DNA of 64,000 nucleotides, from assembly GCA_964016885.1 (NCBI GenBank), contig OZ024755.1, forward strand, positions 17,608,001 through 17,672,000, given 5' to 3'. The notes beneath the pieces are model-generated. The model was given only the letters and a program-made list of their open reading frames with translations. It searched no databases and had not been told where the DNA came from. Source of the DNA: Eledone cirrhosa (taxonomy: Eukaryota). Position 1 is the first letter of the stretch; every line of letters starts with the position of its first letter. Positions 15,458 to 28,788 of the stretch are shown here, one piece after another. The translations under genes were made by a program, and so were the position numbers.

Positions 15458-15811
15458 TCATTATACTGTATCATTCCCCTGTGTTGTTTTTACGCATTGA
15501 CTTTCATATATACATCCATACATATATATACATATATATATAAATATACATACATATATATAAACTTATATATATATATACATATATATATATATCTACA
15601 CATATATATATACATATATATATACATACATATGTACATATATATACATATATATGTACATATATATGTAAATATATACATATATATACATACATACATA
15701 CATATATATATATATATGTACATATATATGTAAATATATACATATATATACATACATATATATATATATATACATATATATGTACATATATATGTAAATA
15801 TATACATATAT

Positions 15812-15845
<34 letters not shown>

Positions 15846-15877
15846 GTACATATATATGTAAATATATACATATATAT

Positions 15878-15990
<113 letters not shown>

Positions 15991-16257
15991 GTGAACCTCC
16001 AAGGATATAACTAGCTAGCTATAGCTAACTGCTGTTAATTAAAAATAAGATAAAGGATAATACACTGAAACATCAAATTAAACAAAAACAACTAAACTAT
16101 TCTAGAACTATCAATACTACATACATGTCTTTTGTCAAAAGTTAACATCTTAAATGGATATATACGTTTAGTTTTTCTTCTTCCCATGTAACCCCACCAT
16201 TTTTACATATATCAAGTTCAGGGGCTGATTTTTTTTTTGGGGGGGGGTTACTTTTTT

Positions 16258-16290
<33 letters not shown>

Positions 16291-16420
16291 CTTTCTTATA
16301 AAATTGTTTATTTTCTAACATTTAATTAATACAAATTTTTGATTATCGTTACAGGTAAAAATGCAGGTAAAATACAGGAAAAAAGCAAGTTTGAAATTAT
16401 TCTCATCATGACTTTATATA

Positions 16421-16470
<50 letters not shown>

Positions 16471-16608
16471 CACATGTGTGTGTATGTGTATGTATACTGA
16501 ATGTATGTGTGAGAATGAACATGAAATCAATGTAAGATTGTACATACATACATGCACATACATGCATACATGCATGCATACACATACATGCATACATGCA
16601 TACATACA

Positions 16609-17214
16609 TGGTGGCTGCCAACTCGTTTTCGAGTACGGCCACTACTTTATATCCATGTAGGAGAACCCCTACCGATGCGCTGAGCAAGTGTGACTTTTGA
16701 GTCCAGCCAGCGACTTGAAAACTCTGGTACAAACACTACACTTGTGACAATTATTGACACATAGTGCTGGGCCCATGGTACCATGTGACAAGTGCAGAGA
16801 GATCTCCAGATATAAAGCAATGCCTGTGCCATGAAGCTTTTATAGTGAGCAAAGGCATTGCACAGAGCCAGTCCCACTCTCTTAACCAAGATGATATTTA
16901 CCAAAAAGTAGAACAAGTCAACATCATTGGATACCATCAGGGTTGCAGGTGTTATATCAGAGTTTTCCTTCTCCTAGAATTCTGCCTTGACAAAGGCTAA
17001 GGGGTCATCTCTCCCGGTGATTTTGGATGGCCATTGACTCTAAAGAGCTCCTTTGCCCTTTGACAGGTTTTGTTTTTAGTCCTGCAGGATGTCCAAAGTC
17101 ACCCTCCTCACCAAGAAACCTTGGTGGGGTTGCCAGTTTAGTCGCTAACGACCCGACCATGAAACAGGTTGTACTGGGATACATGTTACCAGTAGCACCA
17201 ACTGGTGACCTGGC
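16609..17214 (-). mobile_element. Non-autonomous RTE-like retroelement (~600 bp)
   Basis: Closely similar copy at 36774-37370 and a 3'-end-only copy at 54803-54881. Contains ctaggagaaggaaaactctga, resembling RTE 5' UTRs; ends in a microsatellite; no RT motifs. Confidence 0.6.
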
Positions 17215-17382
17215 ATACATACATACATGCATACATACATGCATGCATCCATACATGCATGGATACATACACACTCCATACATACATACATACACACTCC
17301 ATACCTACATACATATATGCGTGTGTATATACATCACGCATGATAAGCATGCTTGTTGAACATATGTGATTTCAAATTCCTT

Positions 17383-17502
17383 TCAAATGTTGGGTTTTTG
17401 ACCAATGTTCTTCAACTTAATGGGTGGAGGTGGTCGCGGTGGAGGTGGAGGTGGTCGCGGTGGAGGTACAGGTTTCTCAGGCTTGACCGACTGACCAGAC
17501 TT
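17383..17502 (-). CDS. Candidate terminal coding exon, proline-rich
   Basis: gctaac...tgtttgtcag acceptor, then KSGQSVKPEKPVPPPRPPPPPPRPPPPIKLKNIGQKPNI* in a non-repeat island; parent gene not identified. Confidence 0.4.
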   Translation of the reverse strand, partial: KSGQSVKPEKPVPPPRPPPPPPRPPPPIKLKNIGQKPNI

Positions 17503-17545
17503 CTGACAAACATGGTTATTTGTTAGCTGGTATTATTTTGTCAAA

Positions 17546-18186
17546 TGGTGGTGGATTGGCAGTATCGGTAGAGGGTCGGAGGCCATGCTTTGCAACATAG
17601 AGTTACGGCTCTTTACAGTCTGAGTTCAAATCCTGCCGAGGTTAACTTTGCCTTTCATCCTCATGGGGTCGATAAAATAAAGTACCAGTAATGCACTGAG
17701 ATAATTGCTGGCCTTGTGCCAAAAGTAGAAACAATCATTTTGTCAATATTGATTCATCCTCACGCAGTCGATAAAATAAAACACCAGTAATTCACTGGGG
17801 TCGATTTAATCGACTTTCCCCTCTCCCCAAATTGCTGGCCTTGCGCCTATAACAGAAATCATTGGCAGTATCGGTAGAGGGTCGGACGCCTTGCTTTGCA
17901 GCAAAGAGTTACGGCCCTTTATGGTCTGAGTTCAAATCCCACCAAGGTTAACTTTGCCTTTCATCCTTACAGAGTCGATAAAATAAAGTACCAGTAATGT
18001 ACTGGGTAATTGCTGGCCGTGTGCCAAAAGTAGAAACAATTATCTTGTCAAATCCCAGTGAGGTTAGCTTTGCCTTTCATCCTTATGGGGGTTGATAAAA
18101 TAAAGTACCAGTTACATGCTGGGGTCAATTTAATCGACTTTCCCCTTCACCAAAATTGCTGGCCTTGTGACTAAAGTAGAAACAAT
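17546..18186 (+). mobile_element. Cluster of four head-to-tail SINE family 1 copies/fragments
   Basis: Repeated A/B boxes and gtcgataaaataaagtaccag bodies. Confidence 0.85.
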
Positions 18187-18595
18187 GATTTTGTCAAAGA
18201 TGTACACAAGGGGGTCCATTGTTATCACCATCGTTATCTGGTTTAACGTCTTCTTTACTTGTCACAAGCATATATATATAGATATATATATATATATATA
18301 GATACATATATATATAGATAGATATATATATATATAGATACATATATATATATATAGATATATATATATAGATAGATTCATATATATATAGATACATATA
18401 TATATATATAGATAGATAGATATATATATAGATAGATACATATATATATAGATAGATACATATATATATAGATAGATACATATATATATAGATAGATTCA
18501 TATATATATATAGATAGATAGATATATATATAGATAGATATATATATATATAGATAGATACATATATATAGATAGATACATATATATATAGATAG

Positions 18596-18630
<35 letters not shown>

Positions 18631-18709
18631 TACATATATATATATATATATAGAGAGATACATATATATATAGATAGATACATTTATATATATATATATA
18701 TATAGATAC

Positions 18710-18762
<53 letters not shown>

Positions 18763-19005
18763 CATATATATATAGATAGATACATTTATATATAGATAGA
18801 TACATATATATATAGATAGATACATATATATATAGATACATATATATATATAGATAGATATATATATATATATATATAGATACATATATATATTGAGATA
18901 GATAGATATACATATATATATGTATATATATGTATGTATATATATATACATATATATATAGATATATATATACATATATATATAACTATACAGACACAGA
19001 CACAC

Positions 19006-19039
<34 letters not shown>

Positions 19040-19471
19040 GTGTGAGTGTGTGTATGTATATGTATATGTATATATATCAATATATATCTATATATATATA
19101 TATATATCTCTCTATATATATATGTATATAGATATATATACATATATATATATAGAGATATATATACATATACATACACATATATATATATATATATATA
19201 CACACATACATTTTTCTATCAAGAAAGCGTTTTTTTTTTCATTTCTTCTTCTTTTCTTCTTTTTCTTAATCTCATCTATCTTTCTATTTCATCTTTTATC
19301 TCTCATTCTATCTTCTGATGAAGGAGTAATGTTTGACACATTAAGACTCCTTTCCAGCTATATCAAGCGTTAAACTAATATATATCTTCATTGTACAGTA
19401 TCATTCCCATGTGTTCGTCTTTTGTTTGCTTTACGCAAACACACACACAAGCATATATATATATATATGTG

Positions 19472-19545
<74 letters not shown>

Positions 19546-19548
19546 TAC

Positions 19549-19620
<72 letters not shown>

Positions 19621-20003
19621 TCACCATCATCATCATCATTGAACATCCATTTTTTCCCCTACATATATTCATACATATACATATATACCCACATTCACAC
19701 ACACATATATGCATACACACATACATGCATACACACACACACAATAATACATACATACACACACATACATACATACATACATATATACACATGGATACGA
19801 ACATACATACTTTCATACATACATACATACATGCACATACACACACATCCATACATATCCATCCATACATACATATACACAGATACACCCACATCCATCC
19901 ATAAATAAATATTACATACACACATAGATACATATATATGCACACATATACATATATACATTCATATATGCACAGATACATATACGCATACATATACGCA
20001 CAT

Positions 20004-20076
<73 letters not shown>

Positions 20077-20109
20077 TATATGCACACACACGCACTTACA
20101 TATATATAT

Positions 20110-20488
20110 ATGGCTTAGTGGTTAGAGCATTGGCCTTGCAATCGAAAGGTTGTGAGTTCAATTCTCAGACCGGGTGATGTGGTGTGTCCTTGAGCAAGAT
20201 ACTTTATTTCACATTGCTCCAGTTTACTCAGCTGTACAAATGAGATGATAGGGACTGGGGTCCCTATCATTCCACTGTAAGGTGGTCGCGGAGGTGCCAC
20301 GGCAAAAAAAAAACCCAGCCCACACTCTAAAGTGGACATGTAGGCGCCATGGAAAAAAAAAGCACCCAGCACTCACTGTAAATGAGGTTGGTGTTAGGAA
20401 GGGCATCCAACTGTATAAATCAAGCCAGAATCAGTTCCCGTCCCACCCTTGCAAGCAGGGAAAAGCAGATGTAAAATGATGATGATGA
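20110..20488 (+). mobile_element. tRNA-derived CORE-type SINE, family 2, RTE-like tail
   Basis: A box tggcttagtggttagagc, B box gagttcaattc, CORE-like ccttgagcaagatacttt, tail cccttgcaagcagggaaaagc..(tga)n. Confidence 0.85.
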
Positions 20489-20502
20489 TATATATATATC
20501 TA

Positions 20503-20549
<47 letters not shown>

Positions 20550-20750
20550 TTGCATATACGCATATATAGATCCATGCATATATATATAGATTTGTATATA
20601 CAAACAAACATACTTCATACATAGTTTCTACATCCATACAGAAATATAAACATATTTCATGATCAGAATTATTTGTTTTACATATGTTTGCTTTGGTCTG
20701 CAATATTGGTTTTTCTCCTGTTATTCTCTTGAGAATTTCCATTCTTTCAG

Positions 20751-20878
20751 GTTCTATGAAAAACTACCTCACAATCTTGGCTCAGCTTTTATATAAGCTA
20801 TTATCAGAAATCACATCACGCATTGGTCAGCATGCATTAATCTCCCTTTGTCACTTGTCCAAGCAACTACGATCGTGG
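20751..20878 (+). CDS. Candidate internal exon
   Basis: ttccattctttcag|G acceptor and TGG|gtacgt donor; one open frame (G)SMKNYLTILAQLLYKLLSEITSRIGQHALISLCHLSKQLRSW. Confidence 0.3.
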
Positions 20879-21090
20879 GTACGTTTATCTAAGTATCACC
20901 TGATACATTTTCATACTTTTTTTATTCTCCCTCAGTAATTCCTCATTCACCACTCACTCTACAGTTTCTAACTTATATTATACACTTCTGTGTATAAGTC
21001 ATATATATATATATATTATATATTATATATTATATATATATTATAGAATACTGTTGACTTCTTGCTACAATAATTTCTATACTTTTCATT

Positions 21091-21136
<46 letters not shown>

Positions 21137-21321
21137 TAATAAAAATAATGAATAAAAACAAAGAAACAGTTCCTTATATTAAAAAATTCATCATTTTACG
21201 ATCGTTTCTAGGATATATATCTGTGTGTTGGTATGTATATCATATATATCTATGTAAAATTTTTACAAACTATCAGAGGGAATATACATACCTACACATA
21301 TATATGCTGTCCTCAGAAATA

Positions 21322-21380
<59 letters not shown>

Positions 21381-21555
21381 CTATATATACATATATATAC
21401 ATATATATACATATATAAGCAGAAGGAATATTCAATTTGTTGGTAAATTAACAAATATAAATGTTTATAACTGATTCAGAGCACTCAACAAGTTTTCTGG
21501 AGTATAATATACAATGATATTAAATAAATGGAAACTATATTTATAAAACCATATT

Positions 21556-21616
21556 TATTCTATTATATATATTTCAAGGGTACCAAAATTTTGGTACGCT
21601 ATCATCAGATAAAATA
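21556..21616 (-). ncRNA. Minimal type I hammerhead ribozyme (Penelope-type)
   Basis: UAUUUUAU-CUGAUGA-[stem II GUACCAAAAUUUUGGUAC]-GAAA-UAUAU-AUA^-AUAGAAUA; 8-bp stem I including one G-U pair. Confidence 0.7.
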
Positions 21617-21823
21617 CAAAGTGTTTTATAAATTTTGACATAACCAAGGAGAATATGAGTTTTCCTTGGATAGACTATCCAAGGAAAACTTGAACCGATA
21701 AGGTATATTCTCCTTGGTTATGTCAAAATTTATAAAACACTGATGATAGCGTACCAAAATTTTGGTACCCTTGAAATATATATAATAGAATAAATATATA
21801 TATATATACATATATATACATAT

Positions 21824-21890
<67 letters not shown>

Positions 21891-21893
<3 letters not shown>

Positions 21894-21947
21894 GGTGCGG
21901 ACGATATTAGGAAAAAATAACACAGTAGTTTTATTTTTTAAGATATA
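21891..21947. mobile_element. Solo terminal fragment of the same maT transposon
   Basis: cagggtgcggacgatatt joined to aggaaaaaataacacagtagttttatttttt; matches 6709-6785 with an internal deletion and follows (TA)n. Confidence 0.8.
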
Positions 21948-22511
21948 GAAAAAGAGTCAGAACCCCAACAGCTGAGCTCCAGCCATTTCAACAGCTATAT
22001 CTATATGAGTTCAGATCTAGCTGTCGAAACGGCCAGAGCTCAGCCTAAGTATTGAGTACTCAGGTGCATTATGGTCCACAATCACCCAGTCCAGGAATCG
22101 AACCCTCAATGTTAGGATCATAAATCGAACAGACTTACCACTAGGCCACACAATGGACAGAACAGATTAAATAATTTGTTCATACATGCCCTAAAAGAAA
22201 AGAACAAGAGCCAAGCTGCTCATTGCATTTGAAGAATGGTCAGGTTATACCTTTGATCATAGATCTGTACAATCAGTGTTGGCCTAGGGTTAAACAGCAC
22301 CAATGTGGTTTGCTGAGTTATATTTAGATGAAATTCTTTTGTTTTCCATGAAAGTATTAAGCAATGCCTTGTAGACATTCTATTGTTGTGGCAATGTTGA
22401 CCATATCTAGATATCTCAACTAGCATAAACTAATTATCATACAGCCATGTAGACACACATATATCTGATTTTCTTTTGTCTTGTTTGCATACACTTCTCA
22501 CTTCTTACTGT

Positions 22512-23235
22512 AACTATACTGTACTGTATTATACTATACTATACTATACTATACTGTACTATACTATACTAATACTATACTATACTATACTATACTATAC
22601 TATACTATACTGTATTGTACTCTACTATATTGTACTATACTGTACTGTACTATACTATACTATACTGTACTATACTATACTCTACTCTACTCTACTCTAC
22701 TGTATTGTACTCTACTGTATTGTACTATACTGTACTGTACTATACTATACTGTACTATACTATACTGTACTATACTGTACTGTATTATACTATACTATAC
22801 TATACTGTACTATACTGTACTATACTATATTGTACTATACTGTACTCTACTGTATTGTACTATACTGTACTATACTATACTATACTATACTGTACTGTAC
22901 TGTACTGTATTGTACTATACTGTACTGTACTATACAGTATTATACTATACTGTACTATACTATACTGTACTATACTGTACTGTACTCTACTGTATTGTAC
23001 TATACTGTACTATACAGTATTATACTGTACTGTACTATACAGTATTATACTGTACTGTACTCTACTGTATTGTACTATACTGTACTGTACTATACAGTAT
23101 TATACTATACTGTACTATACTATAGTGTACTATACTGTACTGTACTCTACTGTATTGTACTATACTGTACTATACAGTACTGTACTGTACTATACAGTAT
23201 TATACTGTACTGTACTGTGCTGTATACTGTACTAC
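22512..23235. repeat. Pentanucleotide satellite (tatac/tgtac)n
   Basis: Direct reading. Confidence 0.95.
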
Positions 23236-23384
23236 ATTGTAAAGCTCACTTCCTGACAACCACCACCACAACACTAACAGCATTGTAAGGCTCACTTCCT
23301 TACACACCCCATCACCTCCACCATATCATACAGTGTAGTATAGTTACCTACCAACCAACATATCAACGTCACCACAAACACTGG

Positions 23385-23930
23385 TTTACACCATCACCAC
23401 CACAATAATGCAACCACCACCACCACCACAATAACACAACCACCAACCACCACCACCACAATAACACAACCACCAACCACCACCACCACCACCACCACAA
23501 TAACACCACCACCACCACCACAATAACACAACCACCAACCACCACCACCACCACCACAATAACACAACCACCAACCACCACCACCACCACCACAATAACA
23601 CAACCACCAACCACCACCACCACCACCACAATAACACAACCACCAACCACCACCACCACCACCACAATAACACAACCACCAACCACCACCACCACCACCA
23701 CAATAACACAACCACCAACCACCACCACCACCACCACAATAACACAACCACCAACACCACCACCACCACTACCACCACTACCACAGTAACACTACCACCA
23801 TCACCACCGCCACTACCTCTATACCACTACCACCAACCACCACCTCCACCACTACCTCTATAACACTAACACAACAACACCACCACTACCACAACAACAC
23901 TACCACTACCACCACCACCACTACTACTAA
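23385..23930. repeat. (CCA)n-derived minisatellite with ~33-bp units
   Basis: caataacacaaccaccaaccaccaccaccaccac repeated. Confidence 0.9.
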
Positions 23931-24148
23931 ATCTACCTTATAATCTATACCTCTCTTTATTTCTATTTTTGAAATTACATTTATACATATGTACTTTTCC
24001 TTTCTTTACAAAGACGAATCGAATAAAATAACCAACCAATCAGAATGAAGTTTTCTTCAATGTTTGGCTTCCAACAGTCTTCCACCATTTCTTGCAAGGC
24101 TCAACAAATGGTTGACATGTTAAGACTTTGTCCTGGTTACTATAAAGA

Positions 24149-24595
24149 TAATTGTTTCTACTTTTGGCACAAGGCCAGCAATTACCCAGTGCATTATTGG
24201 TACTTTATTTTATCGACCCCGTAAGGATGAAAGGCAAAGTCAACCTCGGTGGGATTTGAACTCAGATCGTAAAGGGACGTAACTATGCTGGAAAGCATGG
24301 CGTCCGACCCTCTACCGATACTGCCAATCCACCACCCTAATAATGATAATAGTTTCTAATATATACACAAGGCGGCAAATTTATAGTGAGGTTACTATAA
24401 AGATAATTGTTTCTACTTTTGGCACAAGGCCAGCAATTACTCAGTACATTACTGGTACTTTATTTTATCGACCCCGTAAGGATGAAAGGCAAAGTTAACC
24501 TCAGCGGGATTTGAACTCAGAATGGCAAGGGCCGTAACTCTATGCGTCGAAGCATGGCGTCCGACCTTCTACCGATACTGCCAATCCACCGCCCT
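24149..24595 (-). mobile_element. Two SINE family 1 copies
   Basis: Full copies at 24149-24338 and 24405-24595; direct repeat tataaagataat. Confidence 0.88.
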
Positions 24596-24649
24596 ATAAA
24601 GATAATACAAGGTAAAAATATATTCTCCTGTTTAGGCTTGTTGTCAAGT

Positions 24650-25197
24650 TGGTGGTGGTGTGGTGGTGATGGTGGTTGAAGTGGTGGTGTGGTGGTGTAG
24701 TGGTGATAGTGGTAGTTATGGTGGTGGTGGTGGTGGTTGAAATAGTGACAGTGGTAGTTATGGTGTGGTGGTGTGGTGGTGGTAGTGGCAATGATGTTGT
24801 GGTGGTGATGGTGTAGTGGTGATGGTGGTGGCAGTGGTGGTGTGGTGGTGACAGTGGTAGTTATGGTGTGGTGGTGATGGTGTGGTGGTGGTGGTGGTGA
24901 TGGTGTGGTGGTGATGGTGTGGTGGTGGTGGTGTGGTGGTGATGGTGTGGTGGTGATGGTGGTGGTGACAGTGCTAGTTATGGTGTGGTGGTGGTGGAGG
25001 CTGTGTGGTGGATGTGTGTTGTGTATAGATGTTTTGGTGTGGTGTAGTGGTGGTAGTGGTGATGGCCGTGTGGTGTAGTGGTGGTGTGGTGGTGGTGGTG
25101 GTGTGGTGTAGTGGTGGTAGTGGTGGTGGCCGTGTGGTGTAGTGGTGGTGGTGGTAGTAGTGGTGGTGGTGGTGTGGTGTAGTGGTGGTGGTGGTGC
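24650..25197. repeat. (TGG)n low-complexity tract
   Basis: Direct reading. Confidence 0.9.
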
Positions 25198-25343
25198 TGG
25201 TACATCGGAGGTCACTGTTCCCTCTCACCTACTTTTCAATGGGGCACCCTCAGATTTATTGATCTGCTTATTTTGAAACTACGTCTTAGAATTATTGTGA
25301 ATGAGATTACCCACCCCAGAATATTCCAAGGCTATTTGTGAAT

Positions 25344-25558
25344 CCTTTAGAATTTAAACCGGCCATATCCGGCCAGAATTCTCTCACTGTTCAAACCAAC
25401 CATAACTGGCGGCTCATACTTATGTTAAGATATTTTTTCTCAAAATAAATAACATCAAAATCTCGTAGATTCGATATTATGTGAGATAATTGTCTAAGAT
25501 AAAGCCTTGACCACAAAAAATACCATAGTAAATATATAGTAATGTAAATGCTAAAGGG
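25344..25558. mobile_element. piggyBac-type MITE, same family, inverted
   Basis: Reverse complement of the 125-344 element; ends taaatgctaaaggg-ttaa. Confidence 0.75.
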
Positions 25559-25880
25559 TTAAGTTATGTTCTAAATAGCAGCTTAATGAGAAAAATGACC
25601 CTTGGTTCTATGATTGAAAGCTGTTTTTTTTAAATGTTTATATATATTTATCTAAAAACCATTGTTAAGTTATGTTCCAAACAGCAGTTTAATGAGAAAA
25701 TTGGTTATTTTGATAAATAATGAGAAAAATTGATTATTTTACTAAAACCATTCAGACTCTTCATTATTTTCAAAATTATAGACTGTCTTGTATTAGAAAT
25801 ATGGTAACAAAAGGGTTAAATGGAAATTAATTTTTCTTGCTTTTTTATTATTATTGTTATTATTTTTATTGTTATCATTA

Positions 25881-25911
<31 letters not shown>

Positions 25912-25929
25912 TGTTTTAGTGATCAGCTC

Positions 25930-26977
25930 AACAACCACCTTCACCACTTTTACTACCGCCACCATCATCATCATTATCCTCATCATCATCAAATCATCAT
26001 CACTATCACCATTGTCATCACTATCTTCACCACCACCTTCATCATCACTATCAATTACCATCACCATCACTATCTCCATCAGAACAACCACCTCCACCAT
26101 TATTACCAGCACCACCATCTTTATCAGCATCATCATCATCAGCACTATCACCATTACCATCATTATTGCCACCAAAAGCCACCACCACCTTCATCTTCAC
26201 CAATACCACTTTCACCACCACCACCGCCACCACCACCACCACCACCTTCGTCCTCACCATTACCATCACTATCTACACCAGTACCACTTTCATCACCACC
26301 ACCTCCTCCACCATCTTCACCATCACCACCACTGCCACCTTCACCACCACAACCACCATCTTCACCACCACCACCATCTTCACCACCACCACCACAACCA
26401 CCTTCACCACCACCACCACCATCTTCACCACCACCATCTTCACCACCACCACCATCTTCACCATTACCACCATCTTCATCACCAACAATACCACCACCAC
26501 CATCTTCACCACCAACACCCCCACCTTCACCACCACCACCACCACCTTCACCACCACCACCATCTTCACCATTACCACCATCTTCATCACCACCACCACC
26601 ACCACCTTCCCACCACCACCACCACCATCTTCACCACCACAACCACCATCTTCACCATTACCACCATCTTCATCACCAACAATACCACCACCACCATCTT
26701 CACCATCAACACCCCCACCTTCACCACCACCACCTTCACCCTCACCTTCACCACCACCACCATCTTCACCATTACCACCATCTTCATCACCACCAATACC
26801 ACCACCACCATCTTCACCACCAACACCCCCACCTTCACCACCACCACCATCTTCATCACCAACAATACCACCACCACCATCTTCACCACCAACACCCCCA
26901 CCTTCACCACCACCACCGTCTTCACCATTACCACCATCTTCACCACCACCACTGCCACCTTCACCACTACCATCACT

Positions 26978-27012
<35 letters not shown>
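25930..27012. repeat. (CAC/CAT)n low-complexity tract with higher-order units
   Basis: caccaccatcttcaccattaccaccatcttcatcaccaacaata blocks repeated. Confidence 0.9.
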
Positions 27013-27379
27013 TGTAATTTTCTTGTCCCTGTTTTCGTTTGTTTTATGCTGGCACAGATTGGACATGTAGTTATTGTCCAGATCTGTTTTTATTCAGTGT
27101 TCAGTTATAACTCCTTTCACAGCTCAGATACGTTATAGGAATATTAAATCAACTGTAATTCTTGGCTGCTATCACTCGATATATCAAACTTGATTGATAT
27201 TTATTTTATCATCTTCAGAAAGATAAAGAGTCAAACTCAGCCAGGATGGGATTTGAACTCAAAACCTAACAGACAAAAAAAATACTACAAGTTGTTTCAT
27301 TTGATGCTCTACCAGTTCTGTCATCCATTGCCATAATTTGAGTTTGATTTATTTATTGCGATATATATATATATATGGA

Positions 27380-27710
27380 GGCACATGGCTTAGTGGTTAG
27401 AGCATTGGCCTTGCAATCGAAAGGTTGTGAGTTCAATTCTCAGACCGGGTGATGTGTTGTTTCCTTGAGCAAGACACTTTATTTCACATTGCTCCAGTTT
27501 ACTCAGCTGTAGAAATGAGATGATAGGGACTGGGGTCCATATCATTCCACTGCAAAGTGGTCGTGGAGGTGCCACGGCAAAAAAGCACCCAGCACTCACT
27601 GTAAATGAGGTTGGTGTTAGGAAGGGCATCCAGCTGTAGAAATCAAGCCAGAATCAGTCCCGTCCCATCCTTGCAAGCAGGGAAAAGCGGACGTAAAAAT
27701 GATGATGATA
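27380..27710 (+). mobile_element. SINE family 2
   Basis: Colinear with 20110-20488 with one fewer internal unit. Confidence 0.88.
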
Positions 27711-27918
27711 GTCAATCGACTTTCGTCAAATCGGACCGAGGAAACAATGTTTCCGTTGGTCTTTCGAATCACTAATACTTTCTATCGGTCGCAACTCCAG
27801 GTAGAAGGAGCAACGTGAAATGAAGTGTCTTGCTCAAGAAAATAACGCATCGCCCGGTCCAGGAATCGAACTTACAACTACACGATTGTGAATCCAATTC
27901 TCTAACCACTCAGCCACA
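27710..27918 (-). mobile_element. CORE-type SINE, family 3 (different tail)
   Basis: tRNA-like head and cttgagcaagacact core; tail ggtccgatttgacgaaagtcga. Confidence 0.75.
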
Positions 27919-27986
27919 AGCTTTATTGCTATATTTAATTACTGAAGAATTTAGAGTGATATACTAAAATAATTCATTATTTCATT

Positions 27987-28402
27987 TGGCAGTATCAGTA
28001 GAGGGTCGGACGCCATGCTTTGATGCATAGAGTTACGGCCCTTTCCAATCTGAGTTCAAATCCCGCCGAGGTTAACTTTGCCTTTCATCCTTACGGGGGT
28101 CGATGAAATAAAGTACCAGTAATACACTGGGTAATTGCTGGCCTTGTGCCAAAAGTAGAAACAATTATTTCATTATTAAGAGGGCAGTGGATTGGCAGTA
28201 TCGGTAGAGGGTTGGACGCCATGCTTTACAGCATAGAGTTACAGCCCTTTATGATCAGATTTCAAATCCCGCCGAGGTTAACTTTGCCTTTCATACTTAC
28301 AGGGGTCGATAAAATAAAGTACCAGTCATGCACTGTAGTCAATTTAATCGACTTTCCCTTCCCCCAAAATTGTTGGCCTTGTGCCTATATAAGAAACCAT
28401 TA
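27987..28402 (+). mobile_element. Two tandem SINE family 1 copies
   Basis: Same consensus; the second carries the longer tail variant (aatcgactttccc). Confidence 0.85.
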
Positions 28403-28469
28403 TTAAGATGGTATTTCTAACAAAACTTACCAAAAAGTATTTATGCACAAGATCAAGATCTATTGTGAA

Positions 28470-28684
28470 AGCACATGGCTGAGTTGTTACAGAATTGGAT
28501 TCGCAATCGTGAGGTAGTGAGTTCGATTCCCGGACCTGGTGATGCATTATGTCCTTGAGCAAGACACTTTATTTTATCTTGCTCCTTCTACCTAGAGTTG
28601 CAACCAATAGATAGTTCTAGCAATTGGAAAGACCAGTGAAAACATTGTTTCCTCGGTCCGATTTGACGAAAGTCGATCGACTAT
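28470..28684 (+). mobile_element. CORE-type SINE, family 3
   Basis: Inverted homolog of 27710-27918. Confidence 0.75.
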
Positions 28685-28733
28685 ATATATATGTATATAT
28701 ATCATTGTACTGTGTTGTTTTTCCTTGTTGACG

Positions 28734-28788
<55 letters not shown>

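Noticed and set aside
20110-20185. tRNA gene (also other A/B-box hits)
   Set aside because: These are SINE heads running into CORE-like bodies; no acceptor stem or terminator is evident.
22476-23288. Tyr/Cys-rich 270-aa ORF
   Set aside because: Pentanucleotide satellite.
25820-27138. Extensin/mucin-like ORFs of 283-433 aa (SPPPP, poly-T, poly-H)
   Set aside because: All three forward frames are open because CAC/CAT repeats lack stops; no credible start, signal peptide or splice sites, and similar tracts occur at 8.6, 23.4 and 24.7 kb.
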